A DNA stretch of 64,000 nucleotides from Candidatus Pelearchaeum maunauluense (GCA_030059675.1 JANVYQ010000002.1:1-64000); one strand, 5' to 3'; shown: positions 38,814 through 48,741, counted from the stretch's first letter. Numbers and translations: made by a program. The notes: generated by a model not told the origin, from the sequence alone.

Positions 38814-40058
38814 TCACGACACTATAGTCCCATACCCTATCAAACGCCACCCAGCACCAATCTTACGCGAGATAGTAACCCTCCTCCCCTCCTCGGCGCA
38901 GACGGGGCGTGTAAGCTCAACCTGAACATAGTCCTGCGCCCTCTTACTCACAACACCGCTCGTAACGGCGGAGTAGACGTTTATTACTAGGGGCTCCTTC
39001 TCGGCTATGGGCTTCACTTCTATCTCCGCGTCAACCCCTAAGACGTGTTGGAAAAGCTCATATTCTATCCTAAGACTGTTCCAGACAGGCGGGAGGGTTC
39101 CTGGCCTACCCGCCATATTGCCCACTAGCCCATCACTCTTGGCCAGGGCTGGGTCGAGGGTAGTCTCCACGCCTGTCAGGCCGCCTGACCATGCTTCGCC
39201 CACGCTCTTGCCCCCAGCCATGATATTGACAGCCTCAGTGTATAGCGGCTCGTAAGAGGAGCGCGGCTGCCCAGGCCTCGTGGGGACGCCTGGAGATATC
39301 TCAATCTCATCACCACGGCGTAGAACACCCTGCATAATGGAGCCACCTATTACCCCGCCCTTAATGCTCCGCGCAGGGGTGCCAGGCTGATTAACGTCAA
39401 ACGACCTGATAATAGGCATCCTATACGGCTTCGAAACATCACGCTCAGGTGTCGGGATATACTTCTCCATAGCATACAGGAGGGGCTCGATACCAATCCC
39501 ATGCTGGCCAGAAACAGGGATTATGGGAACCCCGCCTCGCCCAAGCCGCTCAAGATGCTGCATAATCTCCTTATAATTCCTCAAAGCCCTCTCACGGTCT
39601 ATCAAGTCAATCTTATTCTGCGCAAACACCATATTACTTATCCCTAGAATAACCGCCGCCTGCAGATGTTCGTTATCCTGAGGCTGGGGAAACCTCTGCC
39701 GCGAATCAACGACAAAAACAGCGCCGTCAAACAACGAAGCACCGCTAAGCATGGTAACCATCAACGAATGATGACCAGGACAATCAATAAAACTAACAGC
39801 CCTAACAAACTCCGTCTCTACACCATGCAGAGGGCATCGCTCGCTAGTAGTATAGTTAAAAGGCTCCTCACAAACAGGACAGCGAAAAACACCCATATCG
39901 GCATAACCGATACGAATCGTAATCCCCCGCTTCAACTCCTCACTATGCCTCCCCGTCCAAACACCAGTCAAAGCCTGAACCAAAGTACTCTTACCATTAT
40001 CCACATGCCCAAGAGTTCCGATGTTGATTTCTGGCTGTCTCGGCAATGGCTTACTCAT
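38814..40058 (-). CDS. eif2g: Translation initiation factor aIF2 gamma
   Basis: QPEINIGTLGHVDNGKST, HSEELKRGITIRIGY, DCPGH, QNKID, WRLIGYG. Confidence 0.96.
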   Translation of the reverse strand: MSKPLPRQPEINIGTLGHVDNGKSTLVQALTGVWTGRHSEELKRGITIRIGYADMGVFRCPVCEEPFNYTTSERCPLHGVETEFVRAVSFIDCPGHHSLMVTMLSGASLFDGAVFVVDSRQRFPQPQDNEHLQAAVILGISNMVFAQNKIDLIDRERALRNYKEIMQHLERLGRGGVPIIPVSGQHGIGIEPLLYAMEKYIPTPERDVSKPYRMPIIRSFDVNQPGTPARSIKGGVIGGSIMQGVLRRGDEIEISPGVPTRPGQPRSSYEPLYTEAVNIMAGGKSVGEAWSGGLTGVETTLDPALAKSDGLVGNMAGRPGTLPPVWNSLRIEYELFQHVLGVDAEIEVKPIAEKEPLVINVYSAVTSGVVSKRAQDYVQVELTRPVCAEEGRRVTISRKIGAGWRLIGYGTIVS

Positions 40059-40480
40059 TCAGCACCTGCTAAACATATGTTACTTATATAGGTTGAACAA
40101 CCCTACCGCGCTTAAGCTACTCTCTTCATACCCAGCTGATTAGCTCTTTAGGCGCTCTAACTGCAATGTATTCTTTGGTATAACACATTCTCAAAAAGGA
40201 CATATCTATTACTTTAATTTCATCATTTTTGGCATCTTCTCAATGTGATTTTTGGGGCTCTTAATGTTTTCAAGTAAAAATAAACTGAAAATTTACCTGC
40301 CATGCTAATAGTTAAACAAAACGAGGGATTCAGTTGTTTAAAACCAAAGGAATTTGATAATGAGAATATGCTCATTTGTTGTGAGTTGGTGTTTCTGATA
40401 TTTATGGTATTGAGTGGAGTTTGCTTGTTTTTGCTGTAGATTTTTATTTTGTTTGTTTTGTCTGTTGTTGGGTGGTTGCT

Positions 40481-41263
40481 GTGGGTAGGCTTGATGGGCG
40501 TGTTGCTGTTGTTACTGGTGGTTCGCGGGGTATTGGTCGGGCTGTTTGTCTTGCTTTGGCGCGTGAGGGTGCTGATGTTTGTGTGAATTATAATGCGTCG
40601 CGGGATGGTGCTCTTGAGGTTGTGCGTGAGATATCTGCGATGGGTAGGCGTGCTGTTGCTGTTCAGGGTGATGTGGGGGTCGCCGACGATGCTAGGGCTG
40701 TTGTGGAGAAGGCTATTGAAGAGTTTGGGGAGTTGCATATCTTGGTGAATAATGCTGGGATTCTGCTGCGGGGTAGCTTTGAGTCCATCGGTGCTGAGGG
40801 GCTGGAGAGGATGGAGCGCATTAACGTTGGTGGGGTTATCCACTGCACTGAGGCGGCGGCTAAACACATGAGAGAGAAGCGCTATGGTAAGATAATCAAC
40901 ATAGCTAGCATCGCTGGTATAGGTACGGCGGTTGAGGGAACCACCCCATACGCTATGACGAAGGCCGCTGTCATAATATTGACGAAACGCTATGCGTATG
41001 AGCTGGGCAGGTATAACATTAACGTTAATTGTATAGCCCCTGGCTATGTCTTAACAGATATGACCTCCGCTGGCAGGAGTAGGGAGGAGGTTGAGGAGCT
41101 GATAAGGACAGCTAGTCAGAAGAGTGTTTTGGGCCGTATCGGAAGACCTGAAGACATAGCTGGTGTTGTTGTCTTCCTCGCTTCCGACGAGTCGAGCTAC
41201 ATGACTGGCCAGACGTTGGTAGTTGATGGTGGTAGAGTAGATTTTCTAACGCACTCTCTCTAG
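40481..41263 (+). CDS. SDR-family oxidoreductase (FabG-like)
   Basis: TGGSRGIG, NNAG, YAMTK. GTG start at 40481. Confidence 0.9.
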   Translation: MGRLDGRVAVVTGGSRGIGRAVCLALAREGADVCVNYNASRDGALEVVREISAMGRRAVAVQGDVGVADDARAVVEKAIEEFGELHILVNNAGILLRGSFESIGAEGLERMERINVGGVIHCTEAAAKHMREKRYGKIINIASIAGIGTAVEGTTPYAMTKAAVIILTKRYAYELGRYNINVNCIAPGYVLTDMTSAGRSREEVEELIRTASQKSVLGRIGRPEDIAGVVVFLASDESSYMTGQTLVVDGGRVDFLTHSL

Positions 41264-41679
41264 CTCTCCAGCTCCTCGCGCGCGAAGAATATTGCGTGCT
41301 CATACTCGTATGATTCGGTGCTGTCGCTGGCGTGTATCAGATTGTCTGTTATGTCTAGGCCATAGTCTCCCCGTATAGTGCCTGGCTCCGCCTTAACGGG
41401 GTCTGTAGCCCCTATGAGTCTGCGCACAACTTCTACCGCGCTTCTCCCTTCCCAGACCATCAGCATAACCCTCCCTGAGGTTATCACGCGTATCAAATCG
41501 TTGAAAAAGGGCTTCCCTTCATGAACTTTGTAGAGACGCCGTGCCTCTTCTTGGCTTATGTTACGCATCTTCGCCTGGACTAAGCGGAGTCCCTTCCTCT
41601 CCAGCCGTGCTATAACCTCGCCGATGAGGCCGCGTGATACGCAGCTAGGCTTTAGGATGACGAATGTCCTCTCAACCAT
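41260..41679 (-). CDS. ndk: Nucleoside diphosphate kinase
   Basis: ERTFVILKP, HEGKPFF, PGTIRGD, NLIHASD. Confidence 0.96.
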   Translation of the reverse strand: MVERTFVILKPSCVSRGLIGEVIARLERKGLRLVQAKMRNISQEEARRLYKVHEGKPFFNDLIRVITSGRVMLMVWEGRSAVEVVRRLIGATDPVKAEPGTIRGDYGLDITDNLIHASDSTESYEYEHAIFFAREELES

Positions 41680-41719
41680 GAAACGCGGCTGGCGCTGCTA
41701 CTATATGAATTGATATAAT

Positions 41720-41929
41720 TCAGGCCCGCCGTTCTTTCTTCCCATAGAAGGCTGTCCACTTCAGCTTTCGCGCGTCCTTGCGCTGCTCTATCATGTAAAT
41801 CCTGCATTTCCTGGAGCAGAACCAGAGCTGTGTACCATCATTCCTAACGTAGAGCATCCCCGTTCCATGCAGGAAGTCGCGGCCGCAGAAGGAGCACTTG
41901 TGGGTTGTTGGCATCTCCAAGACCACCAT
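41720..41929 (-). CDS. rpl24e: 50S ribosomal protein eL24
   Basis: CSFCG...GTG...DG...FCSRKC...LKWT. Confidence 0.95.
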   Translation of the reverse strand: MVVLEMPTTHKCSFCGRDFLHGTGMLYVRNDGTQLWFCSRKCRIYMIEQRKDARKLKWTAFYGKKERRA

Positions 41930-41937
41930 GCCAGACT

Positions 41938-42162
41938 CTACCTTATCTTCTCAGCCTCCCTCTCAGTGTCGAGCAGCATTAGGATATCGCCAACCCTCAC
42001 TGGGCCCTTCACATTCCTGGAAATCACGCGGCCCTCATCCTTGCCGCGTAGTATGCGCACCCTGACTTGCGTAACCTCGCCTGTAACGCCTGTCCTCCCC
42101 ACGACCTGCTCGACAACCGCTGGGACTGGTTCTTCAACCTTCGGGGGTGCCTTCTGGCTCAT
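41938..42162 (-). CDS. rps28e: 30S ribosomal protein eS28
   Basis: [27 protein letters not shown]. Confidence 0.96.
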   Translation of the reverse strand: MSQKAPPKVEEPVPAVVEQVVGRTGVTGEVTQVRVRILRGKDEGRVISRNVKGPVRVGDILMLLDTEREAEKIR

Positions 42163-42175
42163 TACGGCTCACCCT

Positions 42176-42553
42176 TTATTTCTGCTGCCTTATCTCCGCT
42201 ATCTTCTTGACTATCTCCTCTAAATATCCCTTAGCCTCGCCTGGGTCTGTTATGGAGACAGCGCTGGCTGCCACAGCTATCCCAGCGACCTCGCCCAGCT
42301 GAGCCTTTGAGGGAACGAACATGTAGGGTATCTTCTTCTCGTCGCAGAGCGTCGGTAGGAAAGCCACTATCTCGGGCGGGTCTACGTCGGTGCTTATGAC
42401 GACGAACTTGGCTTGGCCGCGCTCTATGGATTTTATCACCTCATTAACGCCCTTCCTAATCTTGCCCGATGTCCTAGCTAGTCTTACAGCCTCTAGAGTG
42501 GCGCGTGTTAGCTCTTCAGGTGGCTGGAAAGTTACGTAGTATGGATTGGGCAT
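42176..42553 (-). CDS. rpl7ae: Ribosomal protein L7Ae (eL8)
   Basis: GKIRKGVNEVIKSIERG, DVDPPEIV, LCDEKKIP. Confidence 0.96.
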   Translation of the reverse strand: MPNPYYVTFQPPEELTRATLEAVRLARTSGKIRKGVNEVIKSIERGQAKFVVISTDVDPPEIVAFLPTLCDEKKIPYMFVPSKAQLGEVAGIAVAASAVSITDPGEAKGYLEEIVKKIAEIRQQK

Positions 42554-42681
42554 ACGCCTTCATCTCCTCCTCTTGTGAGATGGAGCACGAGTAGGCGAAT
42601 ACTTAAACCTATGCCGCTGGGATTGGCTTGTTTCGGGCTTATGCCAAACATTTTAGAGTTGGGGGCTTGAGATGTGTGGTG

Positions 42682-44403
42682 ATGGCCGAGGACCTGCGTA
42701 GACTGGCTCTGAAGTGGGCTCTGAGGAACGCCGTTGAGCATGGTGGAAAAGCCGCTGTCGGGCCTGTTATAGCGAAGCTCGTGGCTGAGGCGCCTGAGCT
42801 TAAGCGTAGGATGGGGGAGGTCAAGGATACCGTATCGCGGGTTGTGGAGGAGGTTAACCAGCTCCCGCTTGAGGAGCAGAGGGAGAGGCTCGCCGAGATT
42901 GCGCCAGATCTACTAGAGCGAAGACACACACGCGAGGAGAAGAAGCTCCCACCCCTCCCAGGCGCTGAGAGGGGCAAGGTCGTCACACGACTACCTCCCG
43001 AGCCCAGCGGTCCCATGCACTTGGGCCACGCTATGAGCGGCTTGCTCAACGAGATGTATGCCCGCCAGTATGATGGTAAGCTTTGGCTACGTTTCGAGGA
43101 TACTAACCCGCGTAAGGCTAGGCTTGAGTATTACGAGGTCTTTAGACGCGGTTATCGCTGGCTTGGGATAGAGTGGCACTATGAGAAGAATAATAGCGAT
43201 GATATGAAGCTCTACTATGAGTATGCGGAAAAGCTACTACGCGGGGGGCAGCTATATGTATGCGCGTGCTCCGCCGACGAGCTGAGCACCCAGAGGAGGA
43301 CGATGGAGCCTTGCAGGCACCGCAGCCAAGGCGTTGGGGATAATCTAGAGCTTTGGAAGCGTATGTTGGATGGAGACTTTAAGGAAGGCGAGGCTGCTGT
43401 AAGGCTTCGCGGCGATTTGAAGAGCAGCAACACGGCCATGCGCGACCCAGTGATGTTCCGCGTAGTTGAGCATCCACATCCACTAACAGGCGACGAGTAT
43501 AGGGTATGGCCCACCTACGACTTCGCAGCAGCCGTGCAGGACGCTATCTGCGGTGTGACACATGTTTTGAGGAGTAGTGAGTTCGCTTTTAGGGACGAGC
43601 TCCAAAACCATATACGAAACTTGCTCGGAATGAGGAATCCCGTAATTATCGAGTATTCGCGTTTTGAGTTTAAGGGAACCCCAACATCCAAGAGGCTCAT
43701 CACGCCCTTGATAGAGGAGGGCGTGGTGAGTGGGTGGGATGACCCCCGTCTAGCGACTGTTGAGGGGGTTAGGAGGAGGGGGATACTTCCCGATGCTATA
43801 CGGGAATTCACGGTAGCTCAGACTGGCTTCAGCTATGCTAGGCGGGAGTATGACTGGTCTCTTCTCTACAGCATCAATAGGAAAATTCTCGACCCGCGTG
43901 CTAGGCGGCTCTTCTTCGTTCCAAGCCCTGTTAGGCTGGTGGTGGCTGGCGCTCCCATGCTCTCGGTTGAGATACCTTACCACCCATCGCGCGACATGGG
44001 TAAGAGAATCCTAAGCGCGGGTGGTGTAATCTACGTTGCGCGGACTGATATAGAGAAGTTTAAGCCTGGAGACGAGTTTAGACTCAAGCAACTCATGAAC
44101 GTCAGGCTAACTGGGGTTAAGGATGGCGAAGCCTATGGAGAGTTCCTGGGAGTTGAGCCTAAGCCTGATATTCCCATAATCCAGTGGGTCGGCGAGGATA
44201 ATGTAGCGATTCGCGTTCTCAAGCCGCTCCCGCTCTATGACGAGGCTGGTGAGCTAAATAGGAATAGCATGGAGACAATAACAGGCCTAGCCGAGCCCTC
44301 GGTAAGGGATGTGGCGGTTGATGAGATAGTGCAGTTTGAGCGCTTCGGCTTCTGTAGAAGAGACTATGGCGATGAGCTGGTCTTCATCTACGCGCATGAG
44401 TAA
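42682..44403 (+). CDS. gltX: Glutamate-tRNA ligase
   Basis: RLPPEPSGPMHLGH (HIGH), RFEDTNP, WPTYDFA, SKR, GWDDPRL, QFERFGF. Confidence 0.95.
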   Translation: MAEDLRRLALKWALRNAVEHGGKAAVGPVIAKLVAEAPELKRRMGEVKDTVSRVVEEVNQLPLEEQRERLAEIAPDLLERRHTREEKKLPPLPGAERGKVVTRLPPEPSGPMHLGHAMSGLLNEMYARQYDGKLWLRFEDTNPRKARLEYYEVFRRGYRWLGIEWHYEKNNSDDMKLYYEYAEKLLRGGQLYVCACSADELSTQRRTMEPCRHRSQGVGDNLELWKRMLDGDFKEGEAAVRLRGDLKSSNTAMRDPVMFRVVEHPHPLTGDEYRVWPTYDFAAAVQDAICGVTHVLRSSEFAFRDELQNHIRNLLGMRNPVIIEYSRFEFKGTPTSKRLITPLIEEGVVSGWDDPRLATVEGVRRRGILPDAIREFTVAQTGFSYARREYDWSLLYSINRKILDPRARRLFFVPSPVRLVVAGAPMLSVEIPYHPSRDMGKRILSAGGVIYVARTDIEKFKPGDEFRLKQLMNVRLTGVKDGEAYGEFLGVEPKPDIPIIQWVGEDNVAIRVLKPLPLYDEAGELNRNSMETITGLAEPSVRDVAVDEIVQFERFGFCRRDYGDELVFIYAHE

Positions 44404-45499
44404 GCTTGTTCCTAAGCTTTGGATGCTCGCGGCAACGCTGCTCAGCCCACTGTAATAACGGGCCTAGTAGTATGAAATCCGCGGCCTTCAGCTTCTCTAT
44501 GTCGCCGCTTCCTGTTAGGAGGAGAGCCGCCTTGAGTTCTGCCGCTATCTGCTTGAGCTTCGCGATAACGGCTTCTGCGCTTCGTGCTGCTGGCTCTAGT
44601 AATGGGTGCGCGAAGCCAACCATATCCGCGCCTAGAGCTATAGCCTTCGCTGCATCAAGGCCTGTTCTCATTCCGCCTGAGGCGACCACGTAGAGCGAAG
44701 TCGCTGCCCGCACCTCAAGTGTGGCGGCTGCTGTCGGTATTCCCCACTCAAGAAACGTCTCAGCAACCCTAGCCTTCTCTACGGAGTTCAGCTCCTCAGC
44801 CCTGATAAGCTCTATCAACGTCCAGTTAGTCCCACCTGAGCCCGCAACATCTATGGCGCTTGCCCCAGCTTCCTCCAAACGTCTTGCTGCGTCTCCGGAG
44901 ATTCCGCATCCAACCTCCTTCACGATTATCGGCACATTAAGCTCTCTCCTCAGCTCTCTGAGCGCTCTAAGCAGCCCCCTGAAGTTCGCTAATCCATCTG
45001 GCTGGACAAGCTCCTGCAATGGGTTGAGGTGTATTGCTATAGCGTCTGCGTCTATCATCTCAATAGCCTTTATAGCCAGCTCTGGGCCATGCTCCACTAG
45101 TTGCACTCCGCCTATATTGGCTATTAGAAAGCCGTCTGGCGCCCTGTCGCGGGCAATCCTGAACGTTCGCGCCAGCTCAGGCCTTACTATCGCCGCCCTC
45201 TGGCTGCCTACGCCTGTAGGTATCTTGAGCGTGGCAGCGGCCTCGGCTAGGTTTCCGTTTATCTTCTCAGCCTCGGCAGTCCCGCCTGTCATCCCCTCAA
45301 TAAGAAGCGGCATACCGAATGTTTTATCCAAGAAACGCGCCTCAAGCCTAAGCTCATCCTCACTAAGCTCTGGCGCAGCATTATGTACAAGCTCCACAAA
45401 CTCAAACCAGCTGGTCTTCTCCTTGTACGAAACATCTTGATTGAGGCTTATCTTGATGTGGTCCCGCTTCCTAGCCTCTATCGACAAGCTCCCCCTCAA
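44384..45499 (-). CDS. fni: Type 2 isopentenyl-diphosphate isomerase
   Basis: RKRDHI, MTGG, GSQR, HLNPLQE, KEVGCG, GGTNW, WGIPT. Confidence 0.95.
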   Translation of the reverse strand: MRGSLSIEARKRDHIKISLNQDVSYKEKTSWFEFVELVHNAAPELSEDELRLEARFLDKTFGMPLLIEGMTGGTAEAEKINGNLAEAAATLKIPTGVGSQRAAIVRPELARTFRIARDRAPDGFLIANIGGVQLVEHGPELAIKAIEMIDADAIAIHLNPLQELVQPDGLANFRGLLRALRELRRELNVPIIVKEVGCGISGDAARRLEEAGASAIDVAGSGGTNWTLIELIRAEELNSVEKARVAETFLEWGIPTAAATLEVRAATSLYVVASGGMRTGLDAAKAIALGADMVGFAHPLLEPAARSAEAVIAKLKQIAAELKAALLLTGSGDIEKLKAADFILLGPLLQWAEQRCREHPKLRNKLTHARR

Positions 45500-46275
45500 C
45501 TCTTGGTGAGTCTGGTTCCTTTTACCTTCTCTCCTTTTACAGCCGCCTCAACCCTTCCCTCCACCAGGCCGTTCACGAATATTACATCAACCCCAGCTGC
45601 GACAGCTCCAAACGCCTCGTCAACCTTGCTGAACATCCCTCCGGTAACGTCGTTTACAGGGTGGTAGATTATTGAGGCGTGTCTTTTCTGGCCCAGCTCT
45701 TCAACTAGTTTCTTCTCCCCTGTGTTGCGGTCTGTCTCATAGATTCCATCCACGTCGGTAGCGAAGACGAGTCTCCTAGCCTTGAGCCTCTTTGCTAGAT
45801 ATACTGCTATCGTGTCGCCTGAGAGTATGGTGAATTTTCTCTCACGGTCAAATACTGCGTCGCCGCATGTTACTGGGATTACCCCGATATCCAGCGCCGA
45901 GAAGAGCGTATCCAAGAGGGCTGTCTCTATGGAGCCGTCGCGGGTAACGAAGAGGAGTGAGGCCGGCATCCCCACGGCGCCTATTCCCGTCTCTATTAGG
46001 GTTTGGACGATTCTGCTATTAAGCTCGCGCATGGCTTGGATTGTCTTTACGAAGCCTTCAAGCTGTCGTAGCTCGCGGTATCCCTGGGCTATTCCATATT
46101 CCCGCGCTATAGTGTGGCCGAATGAGCCTCCGCCGTGTATTATGAGGAGCGGCGTGGGCCAGCATCGGAAGACCTCCCTACCTATGCGCGCAACCACCTC
46201 AGACCTGTATGAGAATGGTGTCTTCTTATCGGTTATGACGGAGCCTCCCAGCTTCAGTATTACTAGGTCGCTCAC
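45496..46275 (-). CDS. ipk: Isopentenyl phosphate kinase
   Basis: KLGGSVITDK, HGGGSFGH, SGD, DVTGGM. Confidence 0.92.
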   Translation of the reverse strand: MSDLVILKLGGSVITDKKTPFSYRSEVVARIGREVFRCWPTPLLIIHGGGSFGHTIAREYGIAQGYRELRQLEGFVKTIQAMRELNSRIVQTLIETGIGAVGMPASLLFVTRDGSIETALLDTLFSALDIGVIPVTCGDAVFDRERKFTILSGDTIAVYLAKRLKARRLVFATDVDGIYETDRNTGEKKLVEELGQKRHASIIYHPVNDVTGGMFSKVDEAFGAVAAGVDVIFVNGLVEGRVEAAVKGEKVKGTRLTKS

Positions 46276-47246
46276 CCTTCTTCCACCCTAACACCTGGCT
46301 CTGAGCATCTGGCAACCCATACGCGGGGGAAAGCCCTGCTGGTTCTTTCGCATATCTTCTCCAGCTCATCGTCCTTGGCTACAGCTATCACGCAGCCACC
46401 GCCGCCTGCTCCTGTGAGCTTAGCCCCATAAGCGCCGCTTCTCTGCAAAACCTCCACCGCCCGCTCAATATCCTTTGTGGAAACGCCTACTGCGCGTAAT
46501 AGTAGTTGGTTAAGCCGCATAAGCTCACCCATACGCTTGAGGTCAAGCGCCTTAAGTGCCTCCAGGGCTTCCTTCACCAGCTCGTCATAAAGCGCCTTAA
46601 GCTCCTCAAATATCTCTCTATTCTCAGAGGCGAAGCGCGATACTTTTTCCACGAGCTTACCCGTGCTCCTCCTCTCCCCAGTATCTACGACCAGCAACCT
46701 AAGGCTGGATGGCAGCTCTATACTCTCCCACGTATCTGGTCTCCTATATGCGAGCGTCCCACCTACCGTTGTTATATGCGGGTCTATTCCCGAAGGCCTG
46801 CCGTGTATCTCCTGCTCTGCCTTCATAGCCCAGCGCTTCACGTCGCTTGGCTGCAGCTCATGCCCTAGAAGGGTTGAGAGCGCTTTTGCTGTGGCAGCGG
46901 ATACTGCTGCTGAAGAGCCTAGCCCAGCTCCGCGCGGCATGTCGGAGCTGATAACAACCTCAACGCCAGCAGCTCCTCCCAGCTCAGAGAGTATAGACTC
47001 CACAAGCCCAATAAGGGGGTGAAGCGTCCTCCAGGCAGAGCTGCTGCTACACCTAACCACGCCGTCCCGCTTGGAGCAGACTGCGCGGCCAGACCTAATA
47101 GACAGCCCCTCGCCAACGAGGCTACATACAACATCAACACGGCAGTCAATAGCAGTAACTATCGCGGTGCTACCATGTACGACGAAGTGTTCTCCCCAGA
47201 GGATAACCTTCCCAGGCGCGGATGCCCTGACTCTCTCCCGCCTCAT
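46272..47246 (-). CDS. mvk: Mevalonate kinase
   Basis: APGKVILWGEHFVVHG, GAGLGSSAA, HGRPSGID, KLTGAGGGG. Confidence 0.94.
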   Translation of the reverse strand: MRRERVRASAPGKVILWGEHFVVHGSTAIVTAIDCRVDVVCSLVGEGLSIRSGRAVCSKRDGVVRCSSSSAWRTLHPLIGLVESILSELGGAAGVEVVISSDMPRGAGLGSSAAVSAATAKALSTLLGHELQPSDVKRWAMKAEQEIHGRPSGIDPHITTVGGTLAYRRPDTWESIELPSSLRLLVVDTGERRSTGKLVEKVSRFASENREIFEELKALYDELVKEALEALKALDLKRMGELMRLNQLLLRAVGVSTKDIERAVEVLQRSGAYGAKLTGAGGGGCVIAVAKDDELEKICERTSRAFPRVWVARCSEPGVRVEEG

Positions 47247-48100
47247 TCCTGCGGCAACTCTATCACGCATGAAGCATAGCCGACCACGCTGCTATAGTCC
47301 CCGCTGGTATCCCCGCTTGTTGCGTGCTTGATTATCTCAGCCCTGGAAGCTCCCAGTCGCTTGGCAGCGGTAATCACAGCAGCCATAGCGCCAAAACCAC
47401 ACATGGATATATCATGCTTGTACATCTCAGTGTAAAGACCACCGACATCAAGCTCTGCTATCCTCTCAAGCGCTATAGCATCCTTCTTCTTCACGCTTTC
47501 ATGCGGCTCGTAATGCGTAAAGTCGCTGGAGGCAACGAGAAGTATATCCCGCCCATCAACAACACGGGCGAGAGCTTCACCAACCTCAACGCATGTTTCC
47601 TCAGACTGGTCAAGGACGCATATTGGGAGGAACGTGAAGTCGCCCAGCAAGTATTGGAGGAACGGGACCTGTACTTCTATTGAGTGCTCGCTGCGGTGGG
47701 AAACCTCATCCAGCGAGAATATATCCGACTCGCGCGCCAGCTCAGTGGCTAGAGCGTTATCTATCTTTACAGCCCCCAGCGGTGTAAGCCACTCCCCGTC
47801 GGGAAAGATTGAAACAGCGGTGCCTATACCATAGTGGTTAGGCCCCACGACGACTACCGTAGCTGGCCTGCGCCTGCCCGCGAGCCTGATATAGCTATGC
47901 GCCGCCACTGGCCCTGAGTACATATAGCCTGCGTGGGGGCAGATTAGCGCTGGGAGACGCCTCTCCCCATGCTTTATCGGCGTCTCGGGAAGCGTTCCAG
48001 GCCCTATGCTGGATGTGAAGCACTCCTCTATCTGTTTAACCAGCTCTTCGCGCGTCCCAGCGTAGAACGCACCAGCTACTGCTGGCCTTCTCCTCCCCAT
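47243..48100 (-). CDS. amrB: MEMO1-family protein (AmmeMemoRadiSam system protein B)
   Basis: PAVAGAFY, PHAGYMYSG, EHSIEVQVPF, SSDFTHY, VVGY. Confidence 0.9.
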   Translation of the reverse strand: MGRRRPAVAGAFYAGTREELVKQIEECFTSSIGPGTLPETPIKHGERRLPALICPHAGYMYSGPVAAHSYIRLAGRRRPATVVVVGPNHYGIGTAVSIFPDGEWLTPLGAVKIDNALATELARESDIFSLDEVSHRSEHSIEVQVPFLQYLLGDFTFLPICVLDQSEETCVEVGEALARVVDGRDILLVASSDFTHYEPHESVKKKDAIALERIAELDVGGLYTEMYKHDISMCGFGAMAAVITAAKRLGASRAEIIKHATSGDTSGDYSSVVGYASCVIELPQE

Positions 48101-48111
48101 CCCCAGCTCAA

Positions 48112-48735
48112 CTACTGGTGGAGAGCGGGCTCGGTCATAAAGTCCTCAGGCCTTATCCCTGCCTCAGCCTCCGGGGTGAGCTGTCCCCGCTCGCTTAAGA
48201 CCATCTTGGCCAGATACCAGAAAGCATACGGAAGAGAGGTCTTGCCGCGGTTGTTCATAGGAATAACTAGATCTACGTTGGCGCAGGTATTGTCGGTGCT
48301 GCACGTAGCTATGACGGGAATCCGCGCTATGGCAGCCTCGTCAACGGCCTGCGAATCATACCGCGGGTCTGATACAACAACTAGGGATGGCTCTATGTAG
48401 TTCTTCAACGTCCTATTCGTGAAGAGCCCAGCCTTCATCTTGCCCACAATAGGTATACAGCCCGTAACCTCGCAGAACTTCTCCACAGCCTTTATACCAT
48501 ACACATGCGTGGAGACGACGACCACCTTCTCAGGCGGGAAGAAGGATATCATCCGCGCAGCTATGTTAAGCCTCTCCACGGTCTTCTTGATGTCTATGAG
48601 ATATACTCCATCAGGCCTCAGGCGGAATACGAAGGGCTCCATATGCTTGACCTTGATTCTCGACCCTACATGCACCGCGTTCCTGACGAAGAGCTCCAGC
48701 AGCTCCGCCTCCTTCTGTTCAGGTGTTGTAGCCAT
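48112..48735 (-). CDS. rps2: 30S ribosomal protein uS2
   Basis: VHVG, RPDGVY, FTN, DPRYDSQAVDEA, DLVIPMNNRG. Confidence 0.95.
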   Translation of the reverse strand: MATTPEQKEAELLELFVRNAVHVGSRIKVKHMEPFVFRLRPDGVYLIDIKKTVERLNIAARMISFFPPEKVVVVSTHVYGIKAVEKFCEVTGCIPIVGKMKAGLFTNRTLKNYIEPSLVVVSDPRYDSQAVDEAAIARIPVIATCSTDNTCANVDLVIPMNNRGKTSLPYAFWYLAKMVLSERGQLTPEAEAGIRPEDFMTEPALHQ

Positions 48736-48741
48736 ACCCCA

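Noticed and set aside
40059-40480. Replication origin
   Set aside because: It is AT-rich with a skew flip, but I see no ORB repeats or adjacent cdc6/orc1 gene, and similar flips recur elsewhere in the window.
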